Assembly: GCA_964252035.1 (NCBI GenBank)
Contig: OZ176215.1
Origin: Podarcis erhardii
Taxonomy: Eukaryota
Strand: one strand, 5' to 3'
DNA: 64,000 bases
Part shown: positions 10,701 to 23,600 of the stretch, in pieces
Position numbering within the stretch: position 1 is the stretch's first letter
Layout: each line of letters opens with the position of its first letter
Made by a program: the position numbers and the translations under genes
The notes under the pieces: model-generated
The model's database searches: none
What the model saw: the letters and a program-made list of their open reading frames with translations, nothing else
What the model was told of the DNA's origin: nothing

Positions 10701-13700
10701 TGGCGTCTGTGCCTGCTAATTGTCAGGTAGCCAGCCAAATCTAGGCTGAGAGGCAAACTTCTGCAAGGAGATTTCAAGTGTACAAAGGACTTTGCCACAA
10801 CACTGCAGTGCACAGTTGTACACTTCCGTCTTGTTGGGGTGGGGAGGCATGCTGGGGAAAATGTCTTAACAGACTCCATGATTGTGCAATACAGGTTGTA
10901 AGCTGCAGTCATGTTTCTAGTCTACCATGCATTCTAGTCTTGCTCAATATCTTGCTTAGCAGAGGGTGGAAATTTCAAGGAAGCACATTTGGATGAAATG
11001 TTAGGAGACACTTGCTAATGATTAGAGCTGTTTGACAATGGAATAGGCTGCCTTGGCAGATGGCAGGCTCTCATTTGCTAGAAGTCTGTAAGTAGAGGTG
11101 GGATGATTCTCTGAAGTGTTGTAAGATTCCTGTACTGGGTATTGGGGTTGGACTAGATTACCTTTAGAATTACATTCCAAATTTAAAGTTCTAGGATGTG
11201 GTTTTGAAGTATATCCCTTTCTTGTAATCATGTTGCAGAAGCTTCTTGTCTTCTTGTTTCAAATATTCTTAGCACCATTGTACCAAGTAAAAATTCAGAC
11301 TTCTCACTCAGAGCCATGCCAAGTTAGTACAAATATTGCTTACCTTGAATAGTTAAGTGTCACTGCACTGAAGCGTTGCTAAAGATTTATTTTTTCTGCG
11401 AGTACAACCTGCCTCCTCCCTTTCAAATTGCTCTGTTCAGCAAGAAATGAGGACTAAAAACAATTTCTTTTACAAGCAAGAGCAATTCTGATTGCTGCAC
11501 CTCAAAAGTTATTGTAGGACTGGAATCGGTTCAGAAAAGAGAAAACAAAATGATCAAGGCTGGAACAACCCCTCCTACATGAGGAAGGTTACATTGGTTG
11601 GAGCATTAACTTTAGAAAGAAAATATAGTGAGGGCATTAAAAAGTTTTGCATGGTATGGAGAAAGTGGACAAGGATAACTTTGCTTCCCACTCTCATAAT
11701 ACTAGAACTCAGAGCCATTCACTGAAGCTGAATGTTGAAAGCTTCAGGACAGAGAAAAGAAAGTACTTCTTCACACGGCGCATAGTTAAACTCTGGGATT
11801 TGCTCTCACTAGATGTAGCGATGGCCACCAACCTGGATGGCTTTAAAAGGGTTTTAGACAAAGTCATGGAGGATAAAGGCTATCCGTGGGTACTCGCCAC
11901 AATGCCTATGCTCTGCCTCCAGTGCTGCTGGAAGTCACAAGTAGGTAGAGTGCTCTTGCACTCATATCCTGATTATGAGCTTTCCAGAGGAGGCATGTGT
12001 TTGTCCAGTGTGGGAACAGAGTGATGAACTCGGTAGACCTTTGATCTGATCCACCGGGCGCTCTTTATGTTCATCGGAGTAAAGTACTCCCTTGCTTAAC
12101 TTTTAGTGTGGGTCTGTGACAAATGTCACATACTCTCTCTAGGCTTTTGATAGGGACTCTTCTTTTATTCTTTAGATCAGGGTGTGTATGTACTATAAAA
12201 TTTGCTGCTTGCTTATATTGTAGCTTTGCTGTCCGAAGCAGCATCTGTATATGCTGCAACGTTCATTTCATGCAATAAGCCAAACTATTCCTTTTGTCAG
12301 ATAATTTCTTGTGGGTATAAAGTTATGGACAAACACATATTCATAACAAACACACAATGTAACTATAGCAAAAGGTCCTAAACCTCTTGGTAGTGTTTGC
12401 AGGAGTACACATAAGTGCAGGACATTCATGTGGGTTCAGACACACCTTGTCACACTGGTTCTGAGCACAGCCTTCCTGGTAGCTAAAATAGCCAAACCAA
12501 CAACACGTCTATTTCCAAAGTGCTATGAGGTGGGTGGGAAGGAAGGAACAGACTGTCAGTGAACTCAGGGCCATTGGTGTCACTGTGCTCAGGCAGGTGT
12601 TTGAAGTGGCATAGGGCTAGACCGCATGTAAGCCTCCTTCAAAGCTCCATCAAAGGTGGGGCTGGCGGCAGTTTCCTCCTGTATTTACAGCTGCAGAGAG
12701 GGGTTTGACTCTGTACTCAAATCTGTAGCACAGCAGAAACACAGAACTCAAACATTAACCAGTCTTTATTCTGAAAGAAAAGTTGAGAGAGGCATTGGCC
12801 TGTTTTTCTTGTGGGTGATCCACTCACCCCCACCGTTTTCAGTTTGACCATTTCCCCCTCCCCAAACTATGCTACTCATTGCTAACAAAAGCAAGGAGGT
12901 GGTGATGGTTTTAATTTTCTATCATTCATACAGGCTTTCTTTGGAAGAGCTATGTTTGGCTGCTTCTAGAAGTATTTCTCTATGAGTCCACAGCTGTTCT
13001 AGCTGCTCGGCTTGTATGCACACTGCAGTTTGCAGCAGGCCTTTCTCAAACTGCTGATAGCTGAGGCATCCCCCACCCTGGAAAGCATTACTTTTAGAAG
13101 GAAACAATACACACTTTCATAACCCGCAGAAGAGCCCAAGCTCTGTGTTACTTGGCTCATGCAGAGGTGCAGTGGGCAGCCTCCCCTGAAGGAGTTGTTT
13201 GTGGTGTTTCTGCACTCGGGAGTCTTTGGATTACAGTGGTGCCCCGCAAGACGAACGCCTTGCAAGACGGAAAACCCGCTAGACAAAAGGGTTTTCCGTT
13301 TTGGAGGCGCTTTGCAAAACGAATTTCCCTATGGGCTTGCTTCGCAAGACGAAATGTCTTGCGGGTTCCCCCCCCTTTCCCCCCCTTTTCCTAAGCCGCT
13401 AAGCCGCTTATCAGCTGATCCGCTAAAAGCCGCTAATAGCGCTAATCCGCTAAGCTGTCTATGGGCTTGCTTCGCAAGACGAAAAAACCGCTATACGAAG
13501 AGCCTCACAGAACGGATTAATTTCGTCTTGCGAGGCACCACTGTATTCAGTTGCTCCCATATAGCTGAGTGGTCCATCCCTCAGAAGAGGCTGATGGAAA
13601 GGAGAGCAGATTGGAGCAGCTGATCTGGCAGGTGCCCATCAGTAACCTCTAGGGGTAGTGTGTTGGTAGCCCTTAAATTTGATTATGAAAATTGCAAAGT

Positions 13701-16426
13701 CTTCTGTGGAAGCATAACAAACTTCACGCCTCTGGTTGGTCATGGTAACATAGAGCCAGATATCTGATCATGAAAAAGTAGGTAGTCCAATGTCATTTCT
13801 TCGAGGTACATGGAATTCCCCTAAAGTACAGCTAACTTGGGCCCCATAACACTGTGCATAAAAGCTTTTTCTCCCCACACCCTGCCCCAAATTCAATGAG
13901 AGAGACTAGTTGCTTCTGGCATGTAGAGCAAGACTCCAGTGCCCTGCAAAACTGTGAAGTGACTCTGTGGTCTTGTGTCAGAGGTCTGCTTGGAACACAA
14001 AAGCTTCTCAAAGATCATCTTTTTGAAAGGAACATGTAGAGGGGATTATCATTGCTGACTCAGACCCAACTGAAAGCTCAGCAAGTGGTCTCCAAAGAGG
14101 ACCGGTTCACCTATGTGTTTGTCACTTGTGGATCGCAGCATCAAGTGTGTCTTTCATGTGAGAGTTTGTCAGAACTTCCACCCAAGGAGTTCATTTGTGT
14201 TCATCTCTTTTTCAGATAGTGACATCTATAAGTGAGAAATTAAGGCATATATGTGCATGTGTGACATAGTTCAGGGGTGGGGATTTCTTTCAAATTTCAT
14301 GGTCCAGGGCCAAATTTCTTTGTGAGCAAACTTGGCATGGGGGGGGGGGGGATGCCAGTGGTGGGCAGAACCAGCGGCAAAAGTGGGCAGGCTGTATTCC
14401 ATCCATGCAAAAGTCAGTGGTTTCTACACACTTACACCTCCATATCCAGGTAAGCAAGAGGCATTGTTAGAGCACAAGGATACATTCTACCCAGGTAAAA
14501 ACCCTGAAGGTGCAGAGCAGGACATGGAGAGAGCCCTGAGGGCCACGCAGAGAGACACAGAGGACCACATTTGGCCAGTGGGCCTGAGGTTCCCCACCCC
14601 TGCTGTAGTCTTTCTCACAGAGTGTTCCAGCCACCTGATCTGCCCCCTGATCTAGGACTTTGCCCTTAAAATGCTGAGTTTGGGTGAGGAGCTCTTGGTA
14701 GGGACAGGTGAGTAGCCAGAAGTGTGGGAAGGGGGGAGGGATTACGAGACCGGAAAACTCCAAGTATTTTGAGAGTGTTGCCATTTATTTTTGGAATCCA
14801 GCCTCTGATTATGGCATGAAACTGCCGATCTTGCGATCCAACCCAGAGGATCAGATTCTCTACCAGACGGAACGCTACAATGAGGAAACCTTTGGCTATG
14901 AGGTCCCCATCAAGGAGGAAGGAGACTACGTTCTTGTGCTGAAGTTTGCTGAAGTCTATTTTGCACAGTCCCAGCAGAAGGTAAAACAAAAAAGTACTTT
15001 GTTCTGGAAGGACTCCCTTCCCATCAGTGGTTGGGTCAAGTGCCAGAGGCCTGCTGCTTTTGCCATATGAGTATGTGGGACTCAAGCATGCACACCTTTC
15101 ACGACGTGGGAGTGCTTGCCTTCACTCTTCCAGCATACAACAGAACTCATGTCTCCTCCCCCCCTCCCCGGAAATGAAGTATCCTGGAGTCACACACAGA
15201 GATCCTCTTTCGGGGGGGGGGGGCGGGGCAGGACCTATCAGCACCATTTCTGCTGGTGGAAGTCACTGTTACCAGTTGGTTAACTGACCTTTGTCATGGG
15301 AATATAGGAAGTTACTTTCTTATGACCCAGGCCATTTAGTTCATTAGCATGTACCCTGACTGGCCACAGCTCTCCTGAGCTTCAGACAGGGGCCTCTCCC
15401 AGACCACCCTGGAGGCACCATAGATTGAACCAGGAACTTTCTACATTCAAAGCAGATGCTCTACTACTGAGCCAAGACCCTTCCTATACAGTGTCATATA
15501 CAGAGATCAAAAGACAACCGTGTGTCCTTCCAGCTCTGAAATATGTTTTTGCTGCTGCTCTTTCCAGTCAGTTGTATTGACAGGTCGTGGCTGTAGAGTT
15601 GGAAGGGACCACGAGGATCATCTAGTCCAAGCCCCTGCAGTGCAGGAATCTTTTTGGGACTTGAACCCACGACCCCATGACCCTGGGGCAGCCCTCTCAC
15701 CCAACCTCCCTGGCTGCTAGAGGCCTTACCACTGAGTTCAGGCCCTTTCCCATAAAATAGAGACCTATTTTACAAGCAAAACCAAAAGTTGCTTGTCTTC
15801 TTTATTTGACCAGCCAAGGAAATTGCTTTTCTGCCAATAGATGAGTTCCAGGTCTTGGCACAAACACACTCCTCCAGCTGAGATACAAAATCAGCCAGGC
15901 AGCATCTCTCTTAGTTCAATGACTAAGAGCATCACATGTAGGCTTTTTGAGTTACACAGGATTTTTCACTGGGCAGTATGGAAAGGCAGCTACTTCCATC
16001 CTCCCTAAGAAGTTTGTGTAAACTTGAAAATTTGCATGCTGCTATGCCCATGAAAGATGTCAGTTAGGCTGCTCTCCTGGCCCTGCACAGTAGCAAGGTC
16101 AGGATGATTTTCCTGCATCGGCGTTCCTCCAATCCATAGCTTGTTGTCCTCCCATTTTTGCTCCTGATCTGACTTCTACTCTGCAAGAGGCCTCATTCCT
16201 TTTCCATATTTCTTTCCAAAGGTTTTTGATGTGCGCTTGAATGGCCATGTGGTGGTGAAGGACTTGGACATTTTCGACCGAGTCGGACACAGCACAGCGC
16301 ATGATGAGATTATTCCAATTGGCATCAAGAAAGGGAAGCTGAGCGTCCAGGGAGAGGTCTCAACTTTCACAGGGAAACTCAACATTGAGTTTGTCAAGGT
16401 AAGAAAAGGCCATTGCTCACAAGTGG

Positions 16427-16499
<73 letters not shown>

Positions 16500-17639
16500 G
16501 GATTAGGAAGGTTCACTCATTCCTTATATATTGCTAAGCCCCCTGGCCCAACTATTCCCAGGAGGAGGCTTAGGCAAGAGCAGGCTTGATTCTCAGTGAT
16601 GATGAGTTTTGTCACATTCTTGATCCAGCCTCTCTTTATTCAGGTAAAGGGCTACCATTCATGCCTTTTGAGAAAGGTTAAGTGCTGAACATGGAGAAAT
16701 GTTTGTAGGGAAGTCAGATCTGATGCAGCCTCTGCTGGCAAAGGTCCTGAACATAAGAAGAGCCTGCTCATTCAGGCCAAGGGCCCATGTAGTCCAGCAT
16801 CCTATTCTCAAAATGACCAACCTATGTTAAACCCCCTATGTCTATGCCTAGCAGGATTTGAAACAAGGGCTGCAATAGGACTGCACCCCCAAGCTGTGTG
16901 GGCAATCTTTCCCTTGACATACTTCCCTTCCTATGTCTGAGAGAAAAATATCCCTCTTTTAAAAGATCAGAAATCCTATTGACAATGGCATGATGTCAGT
17001 GAGTAAGCAAATTTCCACAACATTTGGACTATCCAAAATAGTCTTCCAGGGCCAGATTAACAGAGATTTAAGGAATTTCACCCCTTTCCCAGATGGATTA
17101 AAAAGAAAATAAATAAAAAATGTAAAATGTCTTAATAAAATGTGTTGACATTAAGTGTCCTTGCATAACTTGGTTTACAATTATATCTACATGGAATACA
17201 AGCATGACATGGAAGTAAATCTTCATATGTTTGCTTGGAGTATTTGTGCTCATCTACTAACCAGAGTTCTCAAGGTGGCTTTCAATATGTCTTTTAAAAT
17301 ACAACTAAACAAGCAAAAGGTACAGAGATGTGTACAGGTTTTGCTCTCGGATATTCCACTTTCCGCTTTGCTGAATTATTTTGGGCCACGGCAGATATCA
17401 GATGAAATGGCTACTCTATTTTCTTCCATGTTGTGGAAATGGACTGTCCTGCTCAGGAATTGCCAGTTTGTGTGTCTTGGAGTTTCTGAGCACTGAGCCT
17501 TCATGGCACTTTCTTCAGAGCCTTACATATACATAGAAAACTGAATAGTTGCCCTGAGGCTGCGGAAGCCAAGAGAAGCAACCCATGACTGCAGCTGTTA
17601 GGCAGTACAGGGGCCTAGGACTACTGGAAAGTTCTTTGT

Positions 17640-17689
<50 letters not shown>

Positions 17690-20616
17690 GGCTCCTAGAT
17701 AGAGCATCACAAGGGGGAAACAATTCAACCATTCTGGCTCCATTCCACCAGCCAGAGAAACAGCATCCACCCCTGCCAAAAAGAAAACACTGCCTATAAT
17801 ATTTAGATTGCCAAAATGAAGAGAAACATGTTCTTGCCTCTGGCACCATCAGGAACCACAGCACCCCTTTCAGCACCCATCAGCAAGGAGAGATATCAGC
17901 CTGGCTATAAATGCCTGCCTGCATCTCATCACTTTGTTCTGACATTGTCCAGCTGGTCTCCATCCTCTATTTTCCCCCTCCACATCCCTTTCCTTGGATG
18001 TCTTGTCTCCCCCACCCCCTGTAAACCCATATTGACCAAAGCTGCTGTATATTACAGAAGGCACATGGATTACATGCCCAGAGGTTTTTGGCTCTGCATA
18101 GCTGCAAATAGAAACATTTTATGTGTATGTAGTAATCACATGAATTTGTCTGTTAAATCTTTGAATGAGTAAGTTGAAAACTTTATATAAATCAGTGCTT
18201 TTTTATTACAGTAGTACCTTGGTTCTCAAACTTAATCCGTTCTGGAAGTCTGTTCCAAAACCAAAGCATTCCAAAACCAAGGTGCGCTTTCCCATAGAAA
18301 GTAATGCAAAACGGATTAATCCGTTCCAGACATTTAAAAACAATCCCTAAAACAGCAATTTAACATGAATTTTACTATCTAACAAGATCATTGATCAATA
18401 AAATGAAAACAATAATCAATGTACATGATAAAAATTACAATTATTAGTTTTTCTTACCAGCACTGATGATAGTCATTGTTTGGATGGGGGGCTTTTATCC
18501 ATTTCCGCAGTCACAATCAATCAATCAATCAATCAATGAAGAACAAGCCACAGACACAAAAATGAAAAAGCCACACACACAAAATGCAAAAAAAAGCACC
18601 AAATATAAGCTCCAAATATCACCTCAGAACACTGCAATTGGAAATGGAAGGCTTTGATTACAAGGGGGGGGGACACCACAAATTAGCAGGACAACAGTGA
18701 AAACGGGAGGAAAAAGGCTTTGATTACAATGGGGAAGGATGCAAATTAGCAGCGCAACAGTGAATATGGAAGCTCAGGAGCACGCTCAGCTTCTGAAGCA
18801 AAGTTCGCAAACCAGAACACTGAATTCTGGTTTTGCAGCATTCGAGTTCCAAGTTGATCAGGAACTGAGCTGTTCAAAAACCTAGGTACCACTGTACTTG
18901 AAATCAGTGGTTTAAGCTGCCTTTATTGGAAATGTTACTGAATTTGGGAACCCTTGCCTTCCTCAAATTTGAATATTCCCCTAATATTCAAACTTTGCCA
19001 TTTTGCCAAACTTTCTTTTTGCCATTTAGACCCATAGATTTCAAAGGCTTTAAACTTACCTTTGTTTTTGTTCTAAATAAAGGTCTAATTTTTAAAGGAA
19101 CTGATGACTTCAAACTATTTTTCTATCTATTTAGTCATTCAATCATTTCAAGTATTTATATACCACTCAGTATTCAGAATTTCTAAAACCTGTATGGTTT
19201 ATATGAATCAGCATTGTAGACAGTTTTGGAGTAGCTGACAGAGAATGAAGCTCATCTCTGCTTCTTTCTTTCTTTACAGGGGTACTATGATAATCCAAAA
19301 GTCTGTGCACTATACGTCCTCCGGGGAACAGTGGACGGTAAGTTTATTTCTTATAACCCCTCTGATTTCAACCTCCTCCTGGTCACCAGTTGCCTTTTCT
19401 GTTACTGCAGTCAAAAAGTTTGCTCAAGTAAGACCCTATTCCTCCCTTAGACCCCATTCCATGACACCCTCATAGGAACAAAGGAAAGCTTCAGCTTGCC
19501 TCTGCTAGAGATTCTCAGTATTCTGAGTATCTGTGTCTGGAAGCAACAGTGGGAGAGAGCTTTTGCTATTGGGCTTTCCAAGAGGTATCTGGGTGGCTAT
19601 TGTGGAGAAATTAGTCTGGCATCTGGTAGGCCTTTTGATGTGGTCTAGCATGGCTCTTCTGCATCCTTGTGGATCTTGCAGGCCATTCTCTGATTTGGAC
19701 CAGTTTCCATCCGTGCATCTTTGTACAGACACCCACATTAGACAAATGTTGCACCAACAAACACAGATCTGTCTGCTTAGAATAAATGATGTGTGGCAAC
19801 ATTCCCACTAAATGTGAATTTATTTGGCAGCATTCATGAATATTTGGTATGTTTGGTACAAATATGAACCTTGCATTCTACTGTGGAATATATTTTACAC
19901 CACTCATTCTTCTTTAATCTTTCTGTAATTATTATGATTATTATTTTATTGTCTTGTGGTTTTTTTCTTCCTGTTTCAAATACTTTTTTTTTAAGCAAGC
20001 AATATACTGAAGACCAAATGTTTTTAAATGGAAAACATTAAAAGAAAGCTAATTAATTTGCAGGATTTGCATGCAAAGTCAGTCTCGGGTAGTAATTAAT
20101 CCCCAATAAGTTCGCTATATGAAGAGTCTCAAATGTCTCTCTTGCTAATTATGTGTTCTTTTAATGTTTAAAAAGTATTAAACTTCAAAAAAGAGAAAAG
20201 AATAAATGATATGCTTCAGTGTTAACCAGTTTGGATGGCAAAACTTCAGTTTTTGCCGAATTTGGAATAATTTTGGGAAACAGTGGTTTTCCCGAAGTCG
20301 GGGAAGGTTTTTCTAGGGCACTCTGGTTGGTTTTGTTCTGTGTACATCACAGACCCCGGGATTTCTCCTTCTCTTCCATCCCACAGATGTCCCAAAACTA
20401 CAGCCCCACCCCGGCCTGGAGAAGAAAGAAGAGGAGGAAGACGAAGAGGAGTATGAAGAAGGCTCCAGCACTAAAAAGCAGACCAATAAGAACCGGGTGC
20501 AGTCAGGCCCCCGCACACCAAACCCCTATGCCTCGGACAACAGCAGCCTCATGTTCCCTATATTAGTGGCCTTTGGTGTCTTCATTCCTACCCTCTTCTG
20601 CCTGTGCAGGTTGTGA
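7420..20616 (+). CDS. MLEC: Malectin, ER Glc2-N-glycan-binding lectin; 5 coding exons, 295 aa
   Basis: join(7420..7663,14802..14980,16222..16398,19280..19337,20387..20616) = 888 nt, open frame, GT-AG introns. Signal peptide, [50 protein letters not shown], acidic tract, C-terminal [24 protein letters not shown]. Confidence 0.98.
7807..8045 (+). repeat. 65/64-bp direct duplication enclosing a 105-bp copy of 8823-8966
   Basis: 7807-7871 matches 7982-8045 (1-nt indel); 7870-7974 matches 8823-8966 minus 39 bp, with 3 mismatches. Confidence 0.9.
9270..9480 (+). mobile_element. Old MIR/CORE-type SINE remnant
   Basis: Degenerate tRNA-like head (ccagttcaaat) and core-like ggcaagc...cctacctt...aaatgcttagaacac. 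Confidence 0.45.
11490..12065 (+). mobile_element. CR1 LINE 3' fragment
   Basis: [35 protein letters not shown]...[18 protein letters not shown] is the CR1 ORF2 C-terminus, followed by 3'UTR. Confidence 0.85.
13234..13543. mobile_element. Tc1/mariner (Tigger/pogo-like) MITE, family A
   Basis: TA target duplications; termini cagtggtgccccgcaagacgaa / ttcgtcttgcgaggcaccactg; second copy at 46833-47069. Confidence 0.9.
14802..14980 (+). CDS. MLEC: MLEC exon 2
   Basis: Acceptor ccag|CC; (A)[59 protein letters not shown]; donor gtaaaa at 14981. Confidence 0.97.
16222..16398 (+). CDS. MLEC: MLEC exon 3
   Basis: [59 protein letters not shown]; aaag| and |gtaaga junctions. Confidence 0.97.
16429..16495. 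repeat. Compound microsatellite (TC)19(AC)14
   Basis: Read directly; starts 30 nt after the MLEC exon 3 donor. Confidence 0.95.
17642..17687. repeat. (AC)23 microsatellite
   Basis: Read directly, MLEC intron 3. Confidence 0.95.
18209..18894. mobile_element. Tigger-like non-autonomous DNA transposon
   Basis: TA flanks; cagtagtaccttgg... / ...cctaggtaccactg imperfect TIRs; aatccgttc subterminal motifs. Confidence 0.8.
19280..19337 (+). CDS. MLEC: MLEC exon 4
   Basis: Polypyrimidine tract + cag|; [19 protein letters not shown]; donor gtaagt at 19338. Confidence 0.97.
20387..20616 (+). CDS. MLEC: MLEC exon 5 (coding part)
   Basis: (D)[25 protein letters not shown]...[29 protein letters not shown] at 20614-20616. 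Confidence 0.97.
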
Positions 20617-23600
20617 AGGACGAGACTGCAAGGCCAGTGGCAGGCCAGAGGGGGAGGAGTTGGACCAAGCGCGGAGGCTGTTTCGGTTTCTCATAATTTA
20701 AGGAAAATTTTAAAAGGTTTGTTAAGGAGCAGCAGGTACAATAAAGGGCAAGTTTGCATCATCCTCTTTGAGGAAGGCAGCCTTCACCTACCCACCCTCA
20801 CAGCAACTGCCGCCTCCTTGAGCCACCTAGCTGCACCATGAGCCGCCACCTTTCTGGTCCAGAGAATCTTGAAAGCAAAGCCTGGGTAGTTCTGGCTCTA
20901 AGATGCAGATGAACTATCTTCCCAGCGAACAGCAGGATGGAGGGGCAAGGGCGAGCAGCGGGGAGAACGAACAGGGAGGGGCACATCTTCAAATGTTGGA
21001 ATGAAGAAGCAGACTTTGCCATCACACAGCCTTGGCTGGAATAATCCACGTTTGTGCTAGGACTGCTTGCGGGGGTGGGGGAAATAGGCTGGCTTTTTGA
21101 CTCCTGCTGAAATGTTTGTAACTCAACCCATGGTACTTCTTTTCTTTTCTGAAGGAGAGAGAGGCTCGCCCTTGCTGTTTGGGTAGAAAGGCTTTTGGTG
21201 ACTGGAGCAGGATGAACAGGTTGGTCTTGTTCAGCTGCCCTGCCTGGGAGAAATGTTTTTTCCATGGTCACTGCAGCATGTGACCGGCCACTCTGGAAAG
21301 GCTTAAGCCTCCAGAGGGCAGTTTCTTTTCTCGACACAAAACCCTTTGTTTGTCCCTGAATGGTTCCCACTTCCCATTTGCTTGTCTTTGGGGGATTGTT
21401 GCTTTAAATGTCCCTCTATTCTAATGCACATGCGTGCACACACGCGTACACACACACCTGTTTCGACACTCAGGACCCCTTTCCATTCTGCATGTCCCTG
21501 ATGAGAACTTGGTACGTAAAGATTGGAGTTCTGGCAAAGATTTAGGATCTTTTTGATTTCCTTGGTGGCCTTTTAATCTCCCTTGTTCCAGGAGACCTGC
21601 CACCTTTTGAGCTGAAGAAGGCATTTTTTCATTTGTTTTTAGGAGCACCAGCGCAGGGAGACCTCTGTCACAACTTGTCTCCATGCCCCTGGACCTCCTT
21701 GAAATGTTTCAGTTGTGTTATGTTTGTGTATTTGTGTTTTTAAAGGGACTTGAAAAACCAAGTGCCAGTGTTTTGTTTTTGAATTATCAGGTGTATCTCA
21801 CTTTCACTGGTTTGCTGGCCACCAGTTTCTGGTTGTTTCTCCACCCCCCCCCCCCAATTCTGGGAGATTAACATTAACAGTCTGAAATAGCCCTTAAAGA
21901 AAGCAGTACCATCCCGAGAACTGCAGATTGTATAGTGGCAAATCCTGTGCAGCCAGAATATTTGCGATGCACTGTGAAAGGATGAGCCAAGTAGGCATCT
22001 TCTCCTTTCCTCGTTTTGGGGAGGGGGTTTCAGAATATGACCAAGAGAGATGCCCACTTTAACCTTTTGTGGTATATGAGAGAGCTGTCATATTGACCTG
22101 GATTGTGATCAGTTTTCAGTGACACCTACATCGCCTGTCTGATTCCTGCTTCCCGGTGAAAACAGGGAGAATTATTTTAAATCTGTACATTGGGTTCTTG
22201 TGGCTTTCTGGTTTTCCATTGCTGTGACAAGAGAGTGAGAATTGGCAGTCCAGTTCAGGAACAAAACAGCATAGAGAAAGGCCTTTCATGGGGAAACTAA
22301 ATAGAGGGCGCATCTCCAGTTGTTGGCTTAAAGAAGCAGATTTCGCTTTTTGCCTTGTCTTTCTGCACAGTGAGGATTCTTGCATAACTGTGAACTGGGC
22401 ATTAGTTGGCACTTGGCAACTGGTAAGGCTGAGGCCCCCCTTGCACCCATTTTTTGCAGGCAATCTTTCTCCTCGTGTCACCAGCCAGGGTGGTCTTGCC
22501 TAGACCGACCATTGTGGCTGATCCAGACTGTCGCCTCTTCATTGTGCTCCTTCCCTGTACTCCTATTTCCCTCTGCTCCAAACACACACACAATAAACTT
22601 CCTGCCATTTCCTTACACAGTCACTTGAGGATGTCTTAGTATGTGGCTGGCAGCTTTTTTGTGTCCTCTGTCCTGCAGTCCTTGGCAAGACTGGCCTAGT
22701 TTTGGGAGCCTTGAGCCCTGAGCAGCCTCCTTCACCCCTTCTTCAGAGTGCAGAAGTTTGCAGTTTGTTACTATAAGTTGTCTTGTGTTAACAGTTGGGG
22801 CATATGCGCCCCTTGAGGTCCTCTGCTGATTTCCTCCCAGGTACAGTCTCGATGGGGAAATTGTATCTGAAAGGGGCCTTTGTTTCACATTGCCAATAAA
22901 TGCATTAAACTCAACCAGATACTTCTTTTCCTCCACCCAACCCTTAGCTGCTTGGCTTAAAGGAGAGCCTGTCCAGATTCAGCCTCCTGCTGCGTCTTTG
23001 GCCCCAGTGAATGTTGCTTCTCCTCTTTCACCACCACCTGTCTGCCCAGTTTTTGTTCTCCGTGGTTGTTGAGCCTCATCTAAACACATAACTGCAGATA
23101 CTGGCAGGGATGTGGAATAATCCCTGGGCTTGGAAGCCGGATGTCCCATTGCACTGCCATCCTGCTGTTTACTCCTTCCACCTGCCCCTTCTCCCAGCAC
23201 TAGAGCTTGCAATACAGAGCAGGGAAGCAGCACTGTGTCTTTTCAATCCCAGCTCTTTTCCAAAGGGTTTGATTTGAACTCAGCCACAGTTAGGTCTGGC
23301 TGGCGTAATCTCTTCGCAGCAGGAAGGTAGGATGTGAGCTCAGGTACATGGCCTTGAGTGTGGGTGGCTGCTTATTCGTGCGTTATGATCCTGCATATTT
23401 AACTTCCTTTTTGACAGCTGCTTATTTCTGGGTCCATTTGGGACTGACAGATAAACAGAACTGCTAGCATATCATGAAGGCAGCCTGATTCCTTTAGAAT
23501 TGCAGGATTCCATCCTAGGCAGGGCATCTTATGTCCTCTGAGGGTCAAAGCAGGGTGAAGTGCAGGTTTAACCTCTCCCAGAACAAGGCTAGAGTTTAAG

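Noticed and set aside
20798-21370. 190-aa ORF antisense to the MLEC 3'UTR
   Set aside because: No protein-like features; treated as chance.
21497-21530. CTGATGA motifs (also near 18464 and 60559) as further hammerheads
   Set aside because: No stem II followed by GAAA.
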